64,000 bases of DNA. Source: Macrostomum hystrix (Eukaryota; Animalia; Platyhelminthes). Position numbers and translations under genes: made by a program. Of this stretch, positions 47,398 through 59,871 are shown piece by piece. Under the pieces are notes generated by a model. It was not told where the DNA came from, ran no database searches, and saw nothing but the letters and a program-made list of their open reading frames with translations. The stretch is taken from positions 8,122,001 to 8,186,000 of the forward strand of contig CATNEN010000038.1 of the NCBI GenBank assembly GCA_950097015.1, written 5' to 3'. Every line of letters begins with the position of its first letter. Position 1 is the stretch's first letter.

Positions 47398-50300
47398 ATG
47401 TTTTTCTGCCTGGCCTTGATCCAGTGTCTACTGCTCTCCTCGTCGACTGTTTGTGGTAGTTCTCTGATCTGCCAACACGGTGCCACCTACGATGTCGTGT
47501 ACAACCGCTGCCTGTGCACTCCCAACTATCATGGAGTCTCCTGCGAAAGCAGCTTCACGCAAGACAATCCATGTCTAGTGGCCCAGCCAGTCCTGGCTGA
47601 CACGATGGGCTCCCATCGTCCAGGAAGTCGCATATCGTGCGCTGCGGGCGCGGACTCGTGCGAGGACTTCTCCAAACTGCGCCCTGGTTGGTTCCGCCTG
47701 AGTTCGCCAGCAGGCAACAGTCTGACAGAAGGTTGCGTCCACAGTGCCCGGGGTGACTGTGGAAGTTTCTATCCGTACATTGTAGACGACCTCGCTCGCG
47801 AGAATACCAACAGTCGGGCATTGTTCTCCGGTAATGCTTATCAAGTGCAGCGACTGAGCAACGGTAAATGCCACCTGAGCAAGGAACAGCAAACTCACTT
47901 TCCAGTTCGACTGCTGATTTGCTCGGCTGAGTTGAGTCTGTATTTTTTGTATCCGCTTCCTAGAGACCATCACTATTGCATTGGACAGCCACTGGCACGT
48001 TTGCCCCGGGTAGCATCGGTGAATCACCAGATTGTCAACTCGCCCTTCGTCCCTGACGCCAAACCACCAAAGCTGGAGCTGGAGTACTACCGCCTCAAGA
48101 CCAGTGGCGGCCAAAGTGGCAATTTCATTTGCACCGTCAGCACGCTATTTAAACAAAGAGGTATAAACTACATAGTGAAGTTTCTTCTAACGGACAAATT
48201 TGGCATCACCGAGGAAGTCAAGGAGTGCAGGGCCTCTCTTACATCATTTCGTGGAACTGCGAAGCCATCTTGTCCCACGCAGGACATTCTGCGACTCAAG
48301 GAAAACATCTACGGCGCTAACCTAGTTTGTCAAGTGCAACTGTCGGACACCACTGATTCCAATCTTATTTCATCGAACATCCATTCGTTCACATTTAACT
48401 TTTCCTTTTCTCTGACTGACTCTTCTAATGGCACAACCGTCGGACTTCTCCGCCCAAACGATACTGTTCACGTGTGCATCGATACCAGAAAAGTTCCGGT
48501 GTTGAGTCAGTTGATAAAATTTCGAGTGTCAGTCGGTAGGCAGAGAACAATACCCAAGGACGGAATCGACATCAGCGTGGTGCATTGGGCTAGAAACGGG
48601 AGCAGAATGCCTGATAATGCCACTAGTAGGGGATGTGAGTTCCAATATTACAGTGAAAGGATGGGCGAACTGTGCATTGACCTCGTGCTGTATAATCGAG
48701 ACCCTGATGGCCGGGTGGTTTTTGGTCTGAGCAACACTGAACAGGTGAGCTTAGTGAAGCTTAACATATCCTATGGTTCCATCTCAAACGGCATACGCAC
48801 TGGCTTTAATGGTTTAACTAACAGGCTGAAGTTTGAGCTTCTTGAATCTCTTGAGCTAAAAGTGGATCTTCGAACACTGTCAACAAACCCTCTGAACTAT
48901 CTGCACATTTTTAGTGATCCCTTTGTAAAGCCGGTGAGTGGCTCCTACAAAGAGGACTCAGTGTACGAGCTGTCTGTTCATCCAGGACAAACGGCAGTCT
49001 TTGACGCCCTGAGGCACAAAATCTTACCTTATCAAGTCCAGGTGTTAATCAGTCGCCCGAATGGGACTCAGCACCAGACTGATGCCAGCGTGACAAAACG
49101 GGTGGCGATTCGCTACGGTAACTATATCATCAGAGTGCACAGCAGCGTTGAGTCTGGTAGACTGCAGTACGATGTTTTCAGCAAGCTCCCAAATGAATAC
49201 GAAGCTAGAGTCATGGAACAGGACCTCAGAGGCGTAACAATCGAGCCAACTACCGACGTTGTTCGCATTAAGTTAGACTTCTATGGCACTATTATCTACG
49301 TGTGGAGGTTTCGAACTCGATTTTCACCCTGCAGCCATGGATTCGTCATGACCCAGCTGGAGATGCAGCTCTTGGACTGCAAAGATTTGAATATGGCGCA
49401 CAAATCAGGCGGTGATTTCGTGCTGGACGTGGTTATTGTGCCTGGCTTCTTCGACACGGAAGGAAACGTTGAAGGACTAATGTACACTAAACTAGGCAGC
49501 GATGCTGCAATAGACAGGCACAGTGGCAGAAGCCTGTTCTCCAGCTCCTACGCAATGCCCGAGCTTAAATCGCTGAACAGCATCTTCATGCCTGTGGAAG
49601 TACTGAAGTTGTGTTCGTGCAACGAGCAAAGCACACTTAGTTACTCAACTGAGCAGTGCATTGCTAACGTCAAGAAAGTAAGGAGAAATAGAAGACCGAT
49701 AAGAGCCTCTCCGGGGAGAAGTCTCGGCAACGGAATAGCTTCTGGTGAGCTAGCAGACGGGTATGGAACCATTTCTGTAACTGCAGTCGAAGCCAGACGA
49801 TTCTGTCTTGACTTTCTCAAAGTGAGATCAGGTGAGAAGCGCTATAGTGTGGACTTTTGCTCGGCAGTGGCTGACTACATGGCTCAGTTTAAGTTCGTCT
49901 GCGTTAGATACGCAATGACACTCCAGAGCTACGAATTCGCTGAGAGCCTGTTTAACTCGATGCTCGGTATTTGTCAAGAGGGTCTAACCTACAATGCTAC
50001 CGAGGTCCGTGATGACAATGGGCTTGCGGCCAGCCGGGTTGAAAGCGAGCTGTGCCCCAAAAAGTGCTCCGGGAAGGGAGCCTGTCTATCCGGCAGCTGC
50101 GTCTGCGTCGCTGGCTTCGCAGGAGCCGACTGTGGCAAGCGAGTCTCGGACGTGGCTGCTCTGCCGACTGTGATATCAACGCCACAGCAAGGACCATTGT
50201 GCACATCTGACGTCTGTCAAAGGGCGCTAATTGAGGTTGCTCCAATGCTGAAGCCATATCGAGTCATTCAATGCCGCGTGGCTCAAATGATTAGAAACAA

Positions 50301-51102
50301 GACCAGTCCTGAAGGAATGCGCTGGACACTTCCTGCAATGCACATGACTGACAACCTGATCACCTGCAACCTGTCCCAGATTCACTCATGGGTGCGAGAA
50401 TCTGGCAAACTCTTCATTGTTGTTGAGGTGAGTTTTTGATTGGGTACCTATACTTATTTTCATTCTTTAAATACAACCATGTACAATTCTTGAGGCTGAT
50501 TAATCTAGCAAAATCTAATCTTTCGGGAGAGATTTATAAATATAAAAGGATTGAAAAGGTTGACTGCCGGAGCAGGCTGTAACGCCAAAGTCCTGGCCTT
50601 GACCATATTTGGTAAGCTGTTGTGCTAAATTCATTGTTGAGGGCCAACCACCAATTCACTGTGGGAGTATTTATACTTTCTCATATTTTTTAACCATTTG
50701 ATAGGTGACGAATCGCTTTAATTAAAAAAAATTTGAAACCTGTTGCAGATATTCTTGGAAAGTGACAGCTGGAAGTCATCTAACAGCATCCAGTGGCTGC
50801 TGCATCAGAAGAGGTGCTCGGATCGGCCACTGAACTGTTCTGCAACTGCAAGCACCTGGAGTTCTAAATCTGCAACCATGATTGCAATGGTCACGATTGC
50901 CTTGTTTTTTGCACCGGTTATGGCAGCAACGTTGTACCTCTGCCTCCGATCTGCTCGACAACCGAGATCAGGTTGGACAAGGAGTCTTCCGAAGCTGATG
51001 AAGGGCGAGTTCAGAAAAGTAACAAATCAAGGCAAGGCGTCCAAGAAGATTGTGCTGGTTGAAGAAAGCCAAGAGCTTCAGTGTGTATCGTGTCCACTTT
51101 AG
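47398..51102 (+). CDS. VWDE-like type-I membrane glycoprotein (signal, EGF, UMOD/GP2-type Cys module, degenerate VWD, EGF, TM), ~1127 aa; exons 47398-50427, 50749-51102
   Basis: Signal MFFCLALIQCLLLSS; EGF CQHGA..CLCTPNYHGVSCE; LRPGWFRLSSPAG..C....CG module; FSDPF (VWD GDPH-like); EGF CPKKCSGKGACLSGSCVCVAGFAGADC; TM MIAMVTIALFFAPVMAATLYLCL; phase-0 intron. Confidence 0.75.
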
Positions 51103-51517
51103 GCTGGTGGAAGAACTCGTCGATCGAACGGAAATTTCAATCGTGGTCATGTTATGGCGCCTCTGCTGATTATATTTATGAATTCACGGTTACTAATGAT
51201 GTGTCCAAAGGCGAGCCATATTCAGATAAATGTAACTTCACTTTTTTCGACTCCACATTATCTTCCAGTTATCTCCATACAATAAACCCCTTAGCACTTT
51301 TTCCAAATTTTATGTAAATTTAATGACCTTTACTAAATCTTTAAAATGCATCCTTTTTTAGTTTACCTATTCATTTCTCATGAATTTCTCGTTATTTTTC
51401 TTTTTTCATTAGTAATCTTTTTCAGCGATTAATGAACCGATCATGTACTACCATCCACCTCACCTCTCCAAAGCTTAATGTACGACGTCCACCCAATCGG
51501 AACGCAGAAGGGCTCGG

Positions 51518-51700
51518 TTGTACACTGCGCAGGGTCAGGGCTGGGTCAACGGAGACTTTTTATCACGATTCATGCGCGTGATTCTCCCCCATATAATCCC
51601 ATTGCTTTTTCTCACCTCAGCACACCTCACACACCGATCAGCGCCGTCGAGACACCTTCGACACCCTCGAAAGATCGACGATCAGCATCGCGCCCAGCCG
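51518..51700 (+). mobile_element. Possible pogo-type DDE transposase remnant
   Basis: QGWVNGDFLSRFMRVILPH..LLFL.SAHLT resembles the GW..F..LLxD..AH segment of DDE_1 transposases. Confidence 0.4.
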
Positions 51701-51961
51701 CCTGGCCGTGCAGTATACACCGAGTCCATGTACTGTTTTGCTTTAACGCATTAGACTAACAGTATACTATCATCATTTCTCTGTAAATCAATACACCCTT
51801 GCCAGAGTGGAGCTACTGCTCGTAGGTTGCGATACGAGCGTACAGCTAAATCTAGATCTTTATCCATTTCCTGTGCTCATTTAAGGATGCAAGTTTTAAG
51901 TGAGTTAGAGGGCGCATGTTACTGCGATCCGAGAGGTGGTTTTTGGCTGGAAAAATAATTG

Positions 51962-52053
51962 TAGCAACAACAACAACAACAACAACAACAACGACAACAA
52001 AAACAACAACAACAACAACAACAACAAGCACAACAACAACAACAACAACAACA
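51962..52053. repeat. (CAA)n microsatellite
   Basis: Directly visible. Confidence 0.95.
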
Positions 52054-52159
52054 ATTACAAATACCCTGGCCAAGGCCGAAGGTGGGTAGCTGTCGAAATG
52101 CGCGCGCAAGTGCAGCGTTTCGCAGAATTTTAAATTCACGGGGGTCAGATCGATGCCAG

Positions 52160-52470
52160 CGTAGCGCCACCGCGGTCCCTGCAGGGAAAGCAGCAGCACA
52201 TCCTGCAGGGGGTCTGGGCAGCGCTGCTCCGCTCGAATGCCGTGGCCGGTCAGCTGCAGGCGCCGGGTGCGAAGTAGCTGTGGCTTGCTCGGCAGAGCTG
52301 GGCTCGGCAGTACAGTTCGTCGTTGGTAACATTGGCGGCTGTATCCCGAAGGCAGCGCGCAGGAGTGCTGCGTGTGCGGCGTCCTATTGCCGGTCAGGGT
52401 CCACGTGTGGGTGTTGTACAGGAGCACGGCCTCGATCACGGCCTGATACAACCGCCCCTCGGCCTCAGAT
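52160..52470 (-). mobile_element. RTE retrotransposon 3' fragment
   Basis: LYQAVIEAVLLYN..TWTLT ... RRLQLTGH.IR, the post-RT region of RTE ORFs. Confidence 0.75.
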
Positions 52471-53654
52471 TTTAGATAATACTTCAGTATAAAGTGCAAC
52501 TCTAAATGTAAATACGGTATGATATTGCCACAGCAGTACTGATCGCACACAAAGCCGCATTCATGAACGGCTAGGCATTTATTGGTGGAGCGAGGCACAA
52601 ACCTTGTATGAAAGGATTGAGTCTATATTCTATTCATTTAAGCTTTAGCGAATGCCTCATCCCCAGCTGGAGTTGGAGCAGATTAAAGTACAAAAGAACC
52701 CTCTATTCGAAAGACCTTGCTTCCTGCACTGACCAGGACACCCAGTGGATGCCCAGCATAGAGTCCCTATATAGAGTCGTAGAGACATACAGGCTTAGCA
52801 GCCCTGTCTGTTATAGTTCCCCCGACTGTGGCATTCCCTGCTGAGATGACACTCGCTGCCGCACAAGTAGCAGGTGACCTTGTTGCGTCGATTGCGTCGA
52901 ACTGCTTTCTCTGCGCCCTTAGCGTTCTCGGCGCAGCAGACGCAGCAGAAATCCCGATCGATCATGAGGCAGCCTTTTTAACAATTACAAGGCCAGAAAA
53001 AAATATTCCCTGATTCCCCAGGACTAAGTCTTCTGGAGACGAACGCATCGAAAGCCTTGAACTCGTTGAGGCTGAATGCCGACTGGAAAATACTGGTGTA
53101 GTCTGACACAAGACTTCAAGCGAGCCTTCAAAATACCTTTGAACCTTCGCTGTTGCTTAAGAAATCGGTTCAATAAGTACAAAAATGTAAACACGAATGG
53201 CTTTTTCGAACGCTACAATCACGCAACACAATATTTAAATGATATTCAAATGTACTAACCATAAATATTGGAAGCATTATATTCAACCGTTTGAGAATTG
53301 GATTTTCGTTTTCAGATTTCCGAAAAAATCTGAATAAATTCTAGTACCTTAGTTTGAAAATACTTTTGTATTGAATTCCGAACCCGTCTTGCTAAAAATG
53401 CAGCAGGTGGCTTTGAAACCGGCTGCCTCCTCAGTGGACCATAAATCATTACTTCTCTGCAGTAGTATGTCAATGGCGCTCCATTATAATGAACAATAAT
53501 AAACAATACAGTCGGCCAAGTATGCCATCCTCTAGATCAGCCATAAGTATAGGAGCAGGTGTGTTATTACTTTTGATATAATCGGGAATGGGTTTAATAT
53601 TTCTAACCCGTTCCCGATTAATATATTATTTTTTGTTTCTCGTAGTTTGGCACA

Positions 53655-55918
53655 ATGAAGGGACGCATTCACTTGGAACTGCTGCTAACCCTCAGCCTAT
53701 CCTTGATGGGCGTCTTGGGTGAGCCTACACAGGAGGAGGCCTTCATGAGCGCCATGGTGTCGGCTGCACTGGCTGGCGGCGGCTCTGTCGGTTTTGACGG
53801 CGCGAGAAGCGGCGAATCAAAAGCGACGGTCGGCGAAGAAGCAAGCATCGCGCAAAAGCTGCTCCTTGCGATGGCCTCAGTGGATGCCGCGGGCTCCTTG
53901 ACTTCGAAGGACTCGCTAAGGCGATCGGCGACAGCTACACGTCTAGGGAAGTCGGTCCTGACGCCGGCAGTCAAGCAGCAGCTGCTGGACCTGCACAATC
54001 GGATGCGCTCGAGCATCGCACTGGACCAAGCTAACAACCTGCCGCCCGCTGCCAACATGGCACTGATGGTGAGAATGTTGAGTTGTTTTGTTAACCACAT
54101 GTAGGAGAGTGATCGAGTGGCAGAGCAGTAAACGCGTTTGCCTCTCGGACCATGGTCCCTGAGCTCGATTCCACGGCGAGGCCACATTTTTTTGGGCGCA
54201 GCCGTGGAGAGGGCTTGGGGCTTGACTTGCAATTTACACCCTTGACTGCGACGATAAGAAAGTCAGGACAGATGTGTGAGTGCGTGCCTGCGTGCAGTAT
54301 CCGTGTGCGTGTGTGCTCAGGATTCTAAATAGGCAGAATTTCTGGCTGCGGGTCTAGTATCACTTAATGATGTGCCTCTCCCCGCAGCCCTCTGCTGTTC
54401 CTATCTAAGAACTATAATTCAATGCACAAGCGTTACGACTTACAGGTAAACTATACTAGCTTTACCCTGTCCCTAAAACGCCAGGAATGGGACGATCGTC
54501 TGGCCTCGACTGCGGCAGACTGGGCTTCTCAGTGCACCGCCGGCCAGACAGATGTCCCGGCCAATCGGGCAGTGCCGGGGCTCAGCGGCCAGGTTGGACA
54601 GAGCACGGCTGCGGATTGGTTCGCCGATCCGGCAACCCTCGTCGCAGTCTGGTGGGATCAGCGTCGGCTTTGGGACCCCAGAACTGGGCGCTGCCTCCGC
54701 GGACGTCATGGCGACAGTTGTGCTGGAATTCGGCAGCTAGCTTCTGGTTCGGCTCGCCTACTTGGCTGCGATCTGAGGGACTGCAGCAGCGGTGGCAGCA
54801 GCAACCGTCAGTTCGCCGTTCTGCTTGTGTGCAACTATGGCGGTGGCGACGCAGGCAGTGATGGCATTGGCGGGTACCTTGTCGGGCCCGCCTGCACCGC
54901 CTGTCGTGGCGAGTCGCGCTGCCTGCACGGTCTTTGTGTTGCTAAAGACGCGTGCGCTGCGGCAGCTGCGGCTTCAGGCAACGCAGAGGACCGCTGCAAG
55001 CGTAAGCAATTATACTTGCAAGACAAGATAAACTGGGTCTTCGCTGTAAGAGACCGTCTCTTACGGGGGTTGTAGCCTAGTGGCCAGAGCGTCGGTATCT
55101 AGAATTGAATGTCCTAGGGTTCGATTCCCGACTCCACTGGAACAATTTGTGTCCTTTACGAGTAGCAACATACTAAATTAATTTTGCATTGCGTCAGTTC
55201 ACCCATCTGTTGAATGGGTACCAGCATTAGCTCGGTTTATTGACAGTGTGGCATCCCCCCAGTCCATGGACTGAACTACAAACGTAAGCGCGCAGCCTTG
55301 ATGCACCGCGGAATAGCTGCGGCTGTGCTGTCGGCGGCACATCTGGCCCAATCGGGGCAGGTTTGATGGAATATTTTACCTACTATTCTTCGACAGATAA
55401 TATAACTGTAAGAAAATCTTTATCGAGAACATTCATGGAGTCAAATGGTTTATTATCCTTCGCAAACTAAGCACCGGACTACTAACTCCTGGGAGTCTGG
55501 TAGAGTCAGGAATAATCCTGAGACTCATGAGAGGGAGCGTTTAATAGTAACTGCAATAACCGAATCCGTTAAATGAAACTGGTGTACTCTAGTATTTTTA
55601 ATCAGTACTCGATACAGACCTACGCGCTACATGCACCATACACCTTCCAAACGCATGATGTACATCGCCGCTACCACATTATCCTCAGCCGCGGGCTGCA
55701 CTGATGCGCCGTCCTGCAAGCAGCTGTCGACGGCTGAGAAAACAGCGCATTGTGCCAATCCCTCGGGTCGGGAGCTGTGCCCGAAACTGTGTGGCTCCTG
55801 CACCTTGGCGGCTCATCAGCTCGTGGCAGCTGCCTATCAACCAGAAAATGCCGATAAAATTCAGCCCAGAATTCTTGCCGCTGCCAGCAAGCCCCAGTAT
55901 GCAGTTAACAATGTTTGA
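53655..55918 (+). CDS. Secreted CAP/SCP-domain protein with C-terminal ShKT domain; exons 53655-54068, 54485-55001, 55689-55918
   Basis: Signal peptide; LLDLHNRMRS, PPAANMALMEWDDRLA, LGC, LLVCNY, GPACTAC hinge; ShKT CTD..SC....HC....RELCPKLCGSC; phases 0 and 1 are consistent. Confidence 0.9.
54100..54380 (+). mobile_element. SINE family B copy in CAP intron 1
   Basis: tggcagagcagtaaacgcgtttgcctctc...gagctcgattccacggcgaggcca tRNA-like head plus family body. Confidence 0.75.
55065..55363 (+). mobile_element. SINE family A copy in CAP intron 2
   Basis: gttgtagcctagtggccagagcgtcgg...ggttcgattcc head plus family body. Confidence 0.8.
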
Positions 55919-58092
55919 TTATGAGTGGAGAAAGGTTTACTAAACCTTTTTGCTTATAGTGCAATTGTTGTCAAGCACGAATGCAAATAAATGCTGGCAA
56001 AAGTTGAATCGGTGACGGTAGACGGCACATGCAGATCTCCTATCATTATATTCTCCATATAAACTAAACTATCGTGTCCTACTATATTAATTAAGCGGCC
56101 TTACTAGTAGAATGTATAAAGACTTTTACTTTTCCAGCAATACATGCATGAACCAGAAAAATACTGAGCAGATTTCTAAAGTTAGTTCGAAAATGTGAAC
56201 TAACTGCAGGTATCTCAAAAGGATATATAACAGCTTTGATTGTTGGAGACTCATGAACAGCAATTCTAGCTACGATACACGGTAAATAAAATTTATTACT
56301 ATATATTAATAAAAGCATGTAGCACTAACAGAAAATACCTGTTATATATTCTGTTACCCTGTATACACCTATTTCCGCATAAAATATCGGAGTCATGATT
56401 TTTGCAGCTGCTGCATGATAGCTGCATGATAGCATTGATATCGATCTAGTTAGCAAATTGATTTAAAACTTTAGAGCACGTCTTTTATACCAAAACGAAG
56501 AGAATTTTCAAGAAATCTATTAACTGCAAGTATTTTAATTTGTGTAAAAAACGAGTTGAATGTCTATATCCTCTAGATATGCAATATATTATCTCCACTC
56601 GAGCTGGATACTGCCATCCTGGTTGCAAACATTGCTGCAGGATTCAAACCGCAGCAGCTTAAATTTCGCAATTTCGTCCGTGGTGCGCCATAAGAAATCA
56701 ATGCATGGCAGTTCATTTTTGATTGTGACACAATTAACTAGGTGCTACGAACTGCTCTTTATTCTGAAATAAATTATAAGTGCCGCGAAGTATCGTCTAC
56801 GTCAGTCAGCTCTTTATAGCCATGGCTTAAATGCAGCTTATACGCCAGCCTAGCTCCTGCAGTGGTCCCTCGAAGGAAACCCAACGCCCGCTGCTAGCCT
56901 GATGGTAGTCTGCAACTAACGTCCTCTTCCGGGCGACCTTTTTCCTGAGGCAGGTCAGATTACGAAGCTTCTAATTACGCACGCATGTCAGTATAGTTCT
57001 TATTCAGTGTCGAGTCTTCATTGTCTGATACCTGCAGACAATCACGAAGACCTGCCCCGTGCAGGTTTTTTTAAACCTTATATTGGGCTATCGTCGCGTT
57101 GCACTGCTGACTTGGCAGGTTGAGACGTTAAGATGCAATGGACCTATGGTCATAGCTAGAGGTAAACATTTGAATTCGGCGTCCTTAAAAGAAGAGCTTG
57201 TAAGGTTACGATGTGCTGAGCGTTTGCCATATTTAACGATTAAGGTATGAATTACTAAAAAGTAATATATTTTATTCAACATAACTGCTTTGGCTGTTAT
57301 GATGTGCTAGCTTGCCTAGTTCTGTAGATTTTGTTATAGTAATGCTATAAAATTGTAGAATTATAAATTAAAAAAAAAATATTGTAAATTTTCTTTATAT
57401 TATTTAATTACTATGGTACGTATATGAATCTATATATCGCCATTATTTCAGCTCACTAAAAGCATTACATTTTTCACTTCTAAAGATATCAGAGCATAAT
57501 TATTTGTTAAGGGTACTGTATGCAAACTAACAATGCAAACGGTGGACACGTAAATAACACTTTTACTACATGACTCCTAGTCTTAGGCTCTTTTCGATCT
57601 ATAACTTATTTAATTTCCTCCAACCTTACATAAAAGAAAGAATCGCAGCGTGATTTCAAGGAAATATTATTTAGAAATGAGTACTACATTAATTATGATA
57701 ATTTAGCACAGTTCAACGTTAACATAGCTTACATAGGGCCTATGTCATACACACCAACACCCAGCTAGCTAAAAAACTTATATCATTTTTAATATAACCA
57801 AGCCATGGCATAGGGCTGCATTTAGACAAGTAAAGACACAGCCTTGGCATCCATCAATTTTTTGTTTCATGTTATTACAAGAAGAAAGTTGAAATTCCAC
57901 AAAATTTGTTTTTAGTGGCATATCAGTTTTGGACTTGTGATATTGTTTATTGTTTAATTTTTGTGTTCTATCTATAAATTTAGTGTTTTGGCACTATTTG
58001 TCCAAATTCAGAGTGTCAAATAACATATTAAAGCACCATGTCTTATTATATGCTATGGTACTAAAAACCTGCTTTTCAGATAGCAATAGTGT

Positions 58093-58397
58093 TGATTTCG
58101 GCGATTTCTTAGTTTCCCGCGTTAAATTATTTTTTAAGTCCAAGCAATAAGCAATTAAGCAATAAGAAGTCCAAGTCCATATATAAAAGTCCAGGGGCCA
58201 TAGATGGGATGTCAGGGATGTCAGACAGCGGGGTAGTAGTGCGCAATCCAGAACATGATGTTGCCAAACTGCTTGTGCGGAAACTGGCGGCGCCACATGT
58301 ACTCTTGCAGGTACGTGTCAAAGAGGACAGTCAGCTCCCGATGGAAAAAGCAAAAAAAATAATTTTACGCGGGAAACTAAGAAATCGCCTTGATTTC
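58093..58397. mobile_element. Inverted-repeat-bounded element (MITE-like) upstream of the ZF gene
   Basis: ggcgatttcttagtttcccgcgttaaattatttt versus aaaataattttacgcgggaaactaagaaatcgcc, a near-perfect inverted pair. Confidence 0.6.
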
Positions 58398-59871
58398 TGT
58401 AATATAAAATATGTTTGCTTTTGAGGACAAAAATGTGTATATTAATTTGTACCAATTTACAATAAGTTGTAATGTATGACCTTAAAATAATATTTGATTT
58501 ATAACTAACTGTGCCTATAAAAAGCAACATAATTAGACCTTTGGTTTCATTTGTTAGGCCCATAATTTTTATGCCTTCTTGTAGGCCTAAATTAAGAAAT
58601 GGCTAGAGAACTCAGAACTTCTGTTCTGTGTAGGTTCCACTTTTGTAGACCCCAGAACCCAACTGTTCATATTAACAATATTGAGGTATCATGAGGGCAT
58701 TGCAATGCTAAGTTTCACAATATGTATTAGGCAAGGACAACTGATACCTTGCTTAAATTTGTTGAAACTCATCCATGATAATATTGCAATAATTATATGG
58801 CACCATCTATCCCCATTAATAATTTTACAAGTTAGCCATAATTTTGCCAAATTAGCTTATGTTTTTTTCAATTATGTTAATGTTTTAATACTTAAATTAT
58901 TTACACTCAATTACATTTTTAACTTAATAGTTGGCTCTATTGTTTAGTATATTTTGTATTTGCTAAAGTTTTGGCCCTAACGACTAAGAATAAAATAAAT
59001 TAATGCTTGTATTTCTTCATTTTTTTATTAAATTTCATATAATTTAGGTTTTTCTTTGTAAAATCAAAAAACAAAATGTTTGTTTGCTAAAAAGGTCAAC
59101 TATGATGATAGTTTGTTTCTATTGCTCTATTATAGACCTATAAGTTGTTTGGCAATCGTTAGGCACTTGTATAATCTGAATTGATTATCTTATATATCTG
59201 AAAAATATAAAATAATTTTTTTTTAATCATGATTTTTGTATGTCCTGTCCCTCACAAAGGCTGCATGCAATATCATGTAAAAGCTACATGAAGTGATTTA
59301 TAAGTGAATAAGCAATATACACATTTTTTTGTTAAAAAATATATCACTGCTTCTCATAAAATTCTTTTGTTTTTTTTATCAGAAATCCCATTTTATTCTG
59401 TTATAAAGAAATTCTGTCACAAAACAATTTATTCTGATTTTCATATGAATTGAAATTGTGATTTCTGATATCAATGTGATGATTTGTTTTTTTGACTAAA
59501 ACATTATTGTAATTTTGGGAACTGCTATAGCTAAAATGCTTATTAGAAATAAGATAATGTCATCTGTCATTTGTCAATGTCATAATTATGTCATCAATCA
59601 AGTGTTAAAATAGTTTACATGCTTACCTTACTGTCAACTTCAACTCAGATTTCTTTCTAGCTCTCTGTGTTATTTTAGTTTTTTAATAATACATTTCAAG
59701 TATAGTGTTGACCAGTTAAAATAGTTAATTTTTTAAAGTCGGCTATAACTCAAATGCATTTACTGTGCATTCCAGCGCCAACACAGGGCAACCAACTAGG
59801 AGACTTTGCCGCCTCTCTGACTAGCCACAGTGCTGTAGGGACTGCCAACTCCGCACCACCAGCCAGGAGTG

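Noticed and set aside
51852-52598. 248-aa ORF with poly-Val TM-like stretch
   Set aside because: Chimera of an RTE fragment and the (CAA)n microsatellite read as GTT codons.
53580-53620. Short hairpin aatcgggaatgggtt...aacccgttcccgatt upstream of the CAP gene
   Set aside because: Single short palindrome with no TSD or second copy; function cannot be supported.
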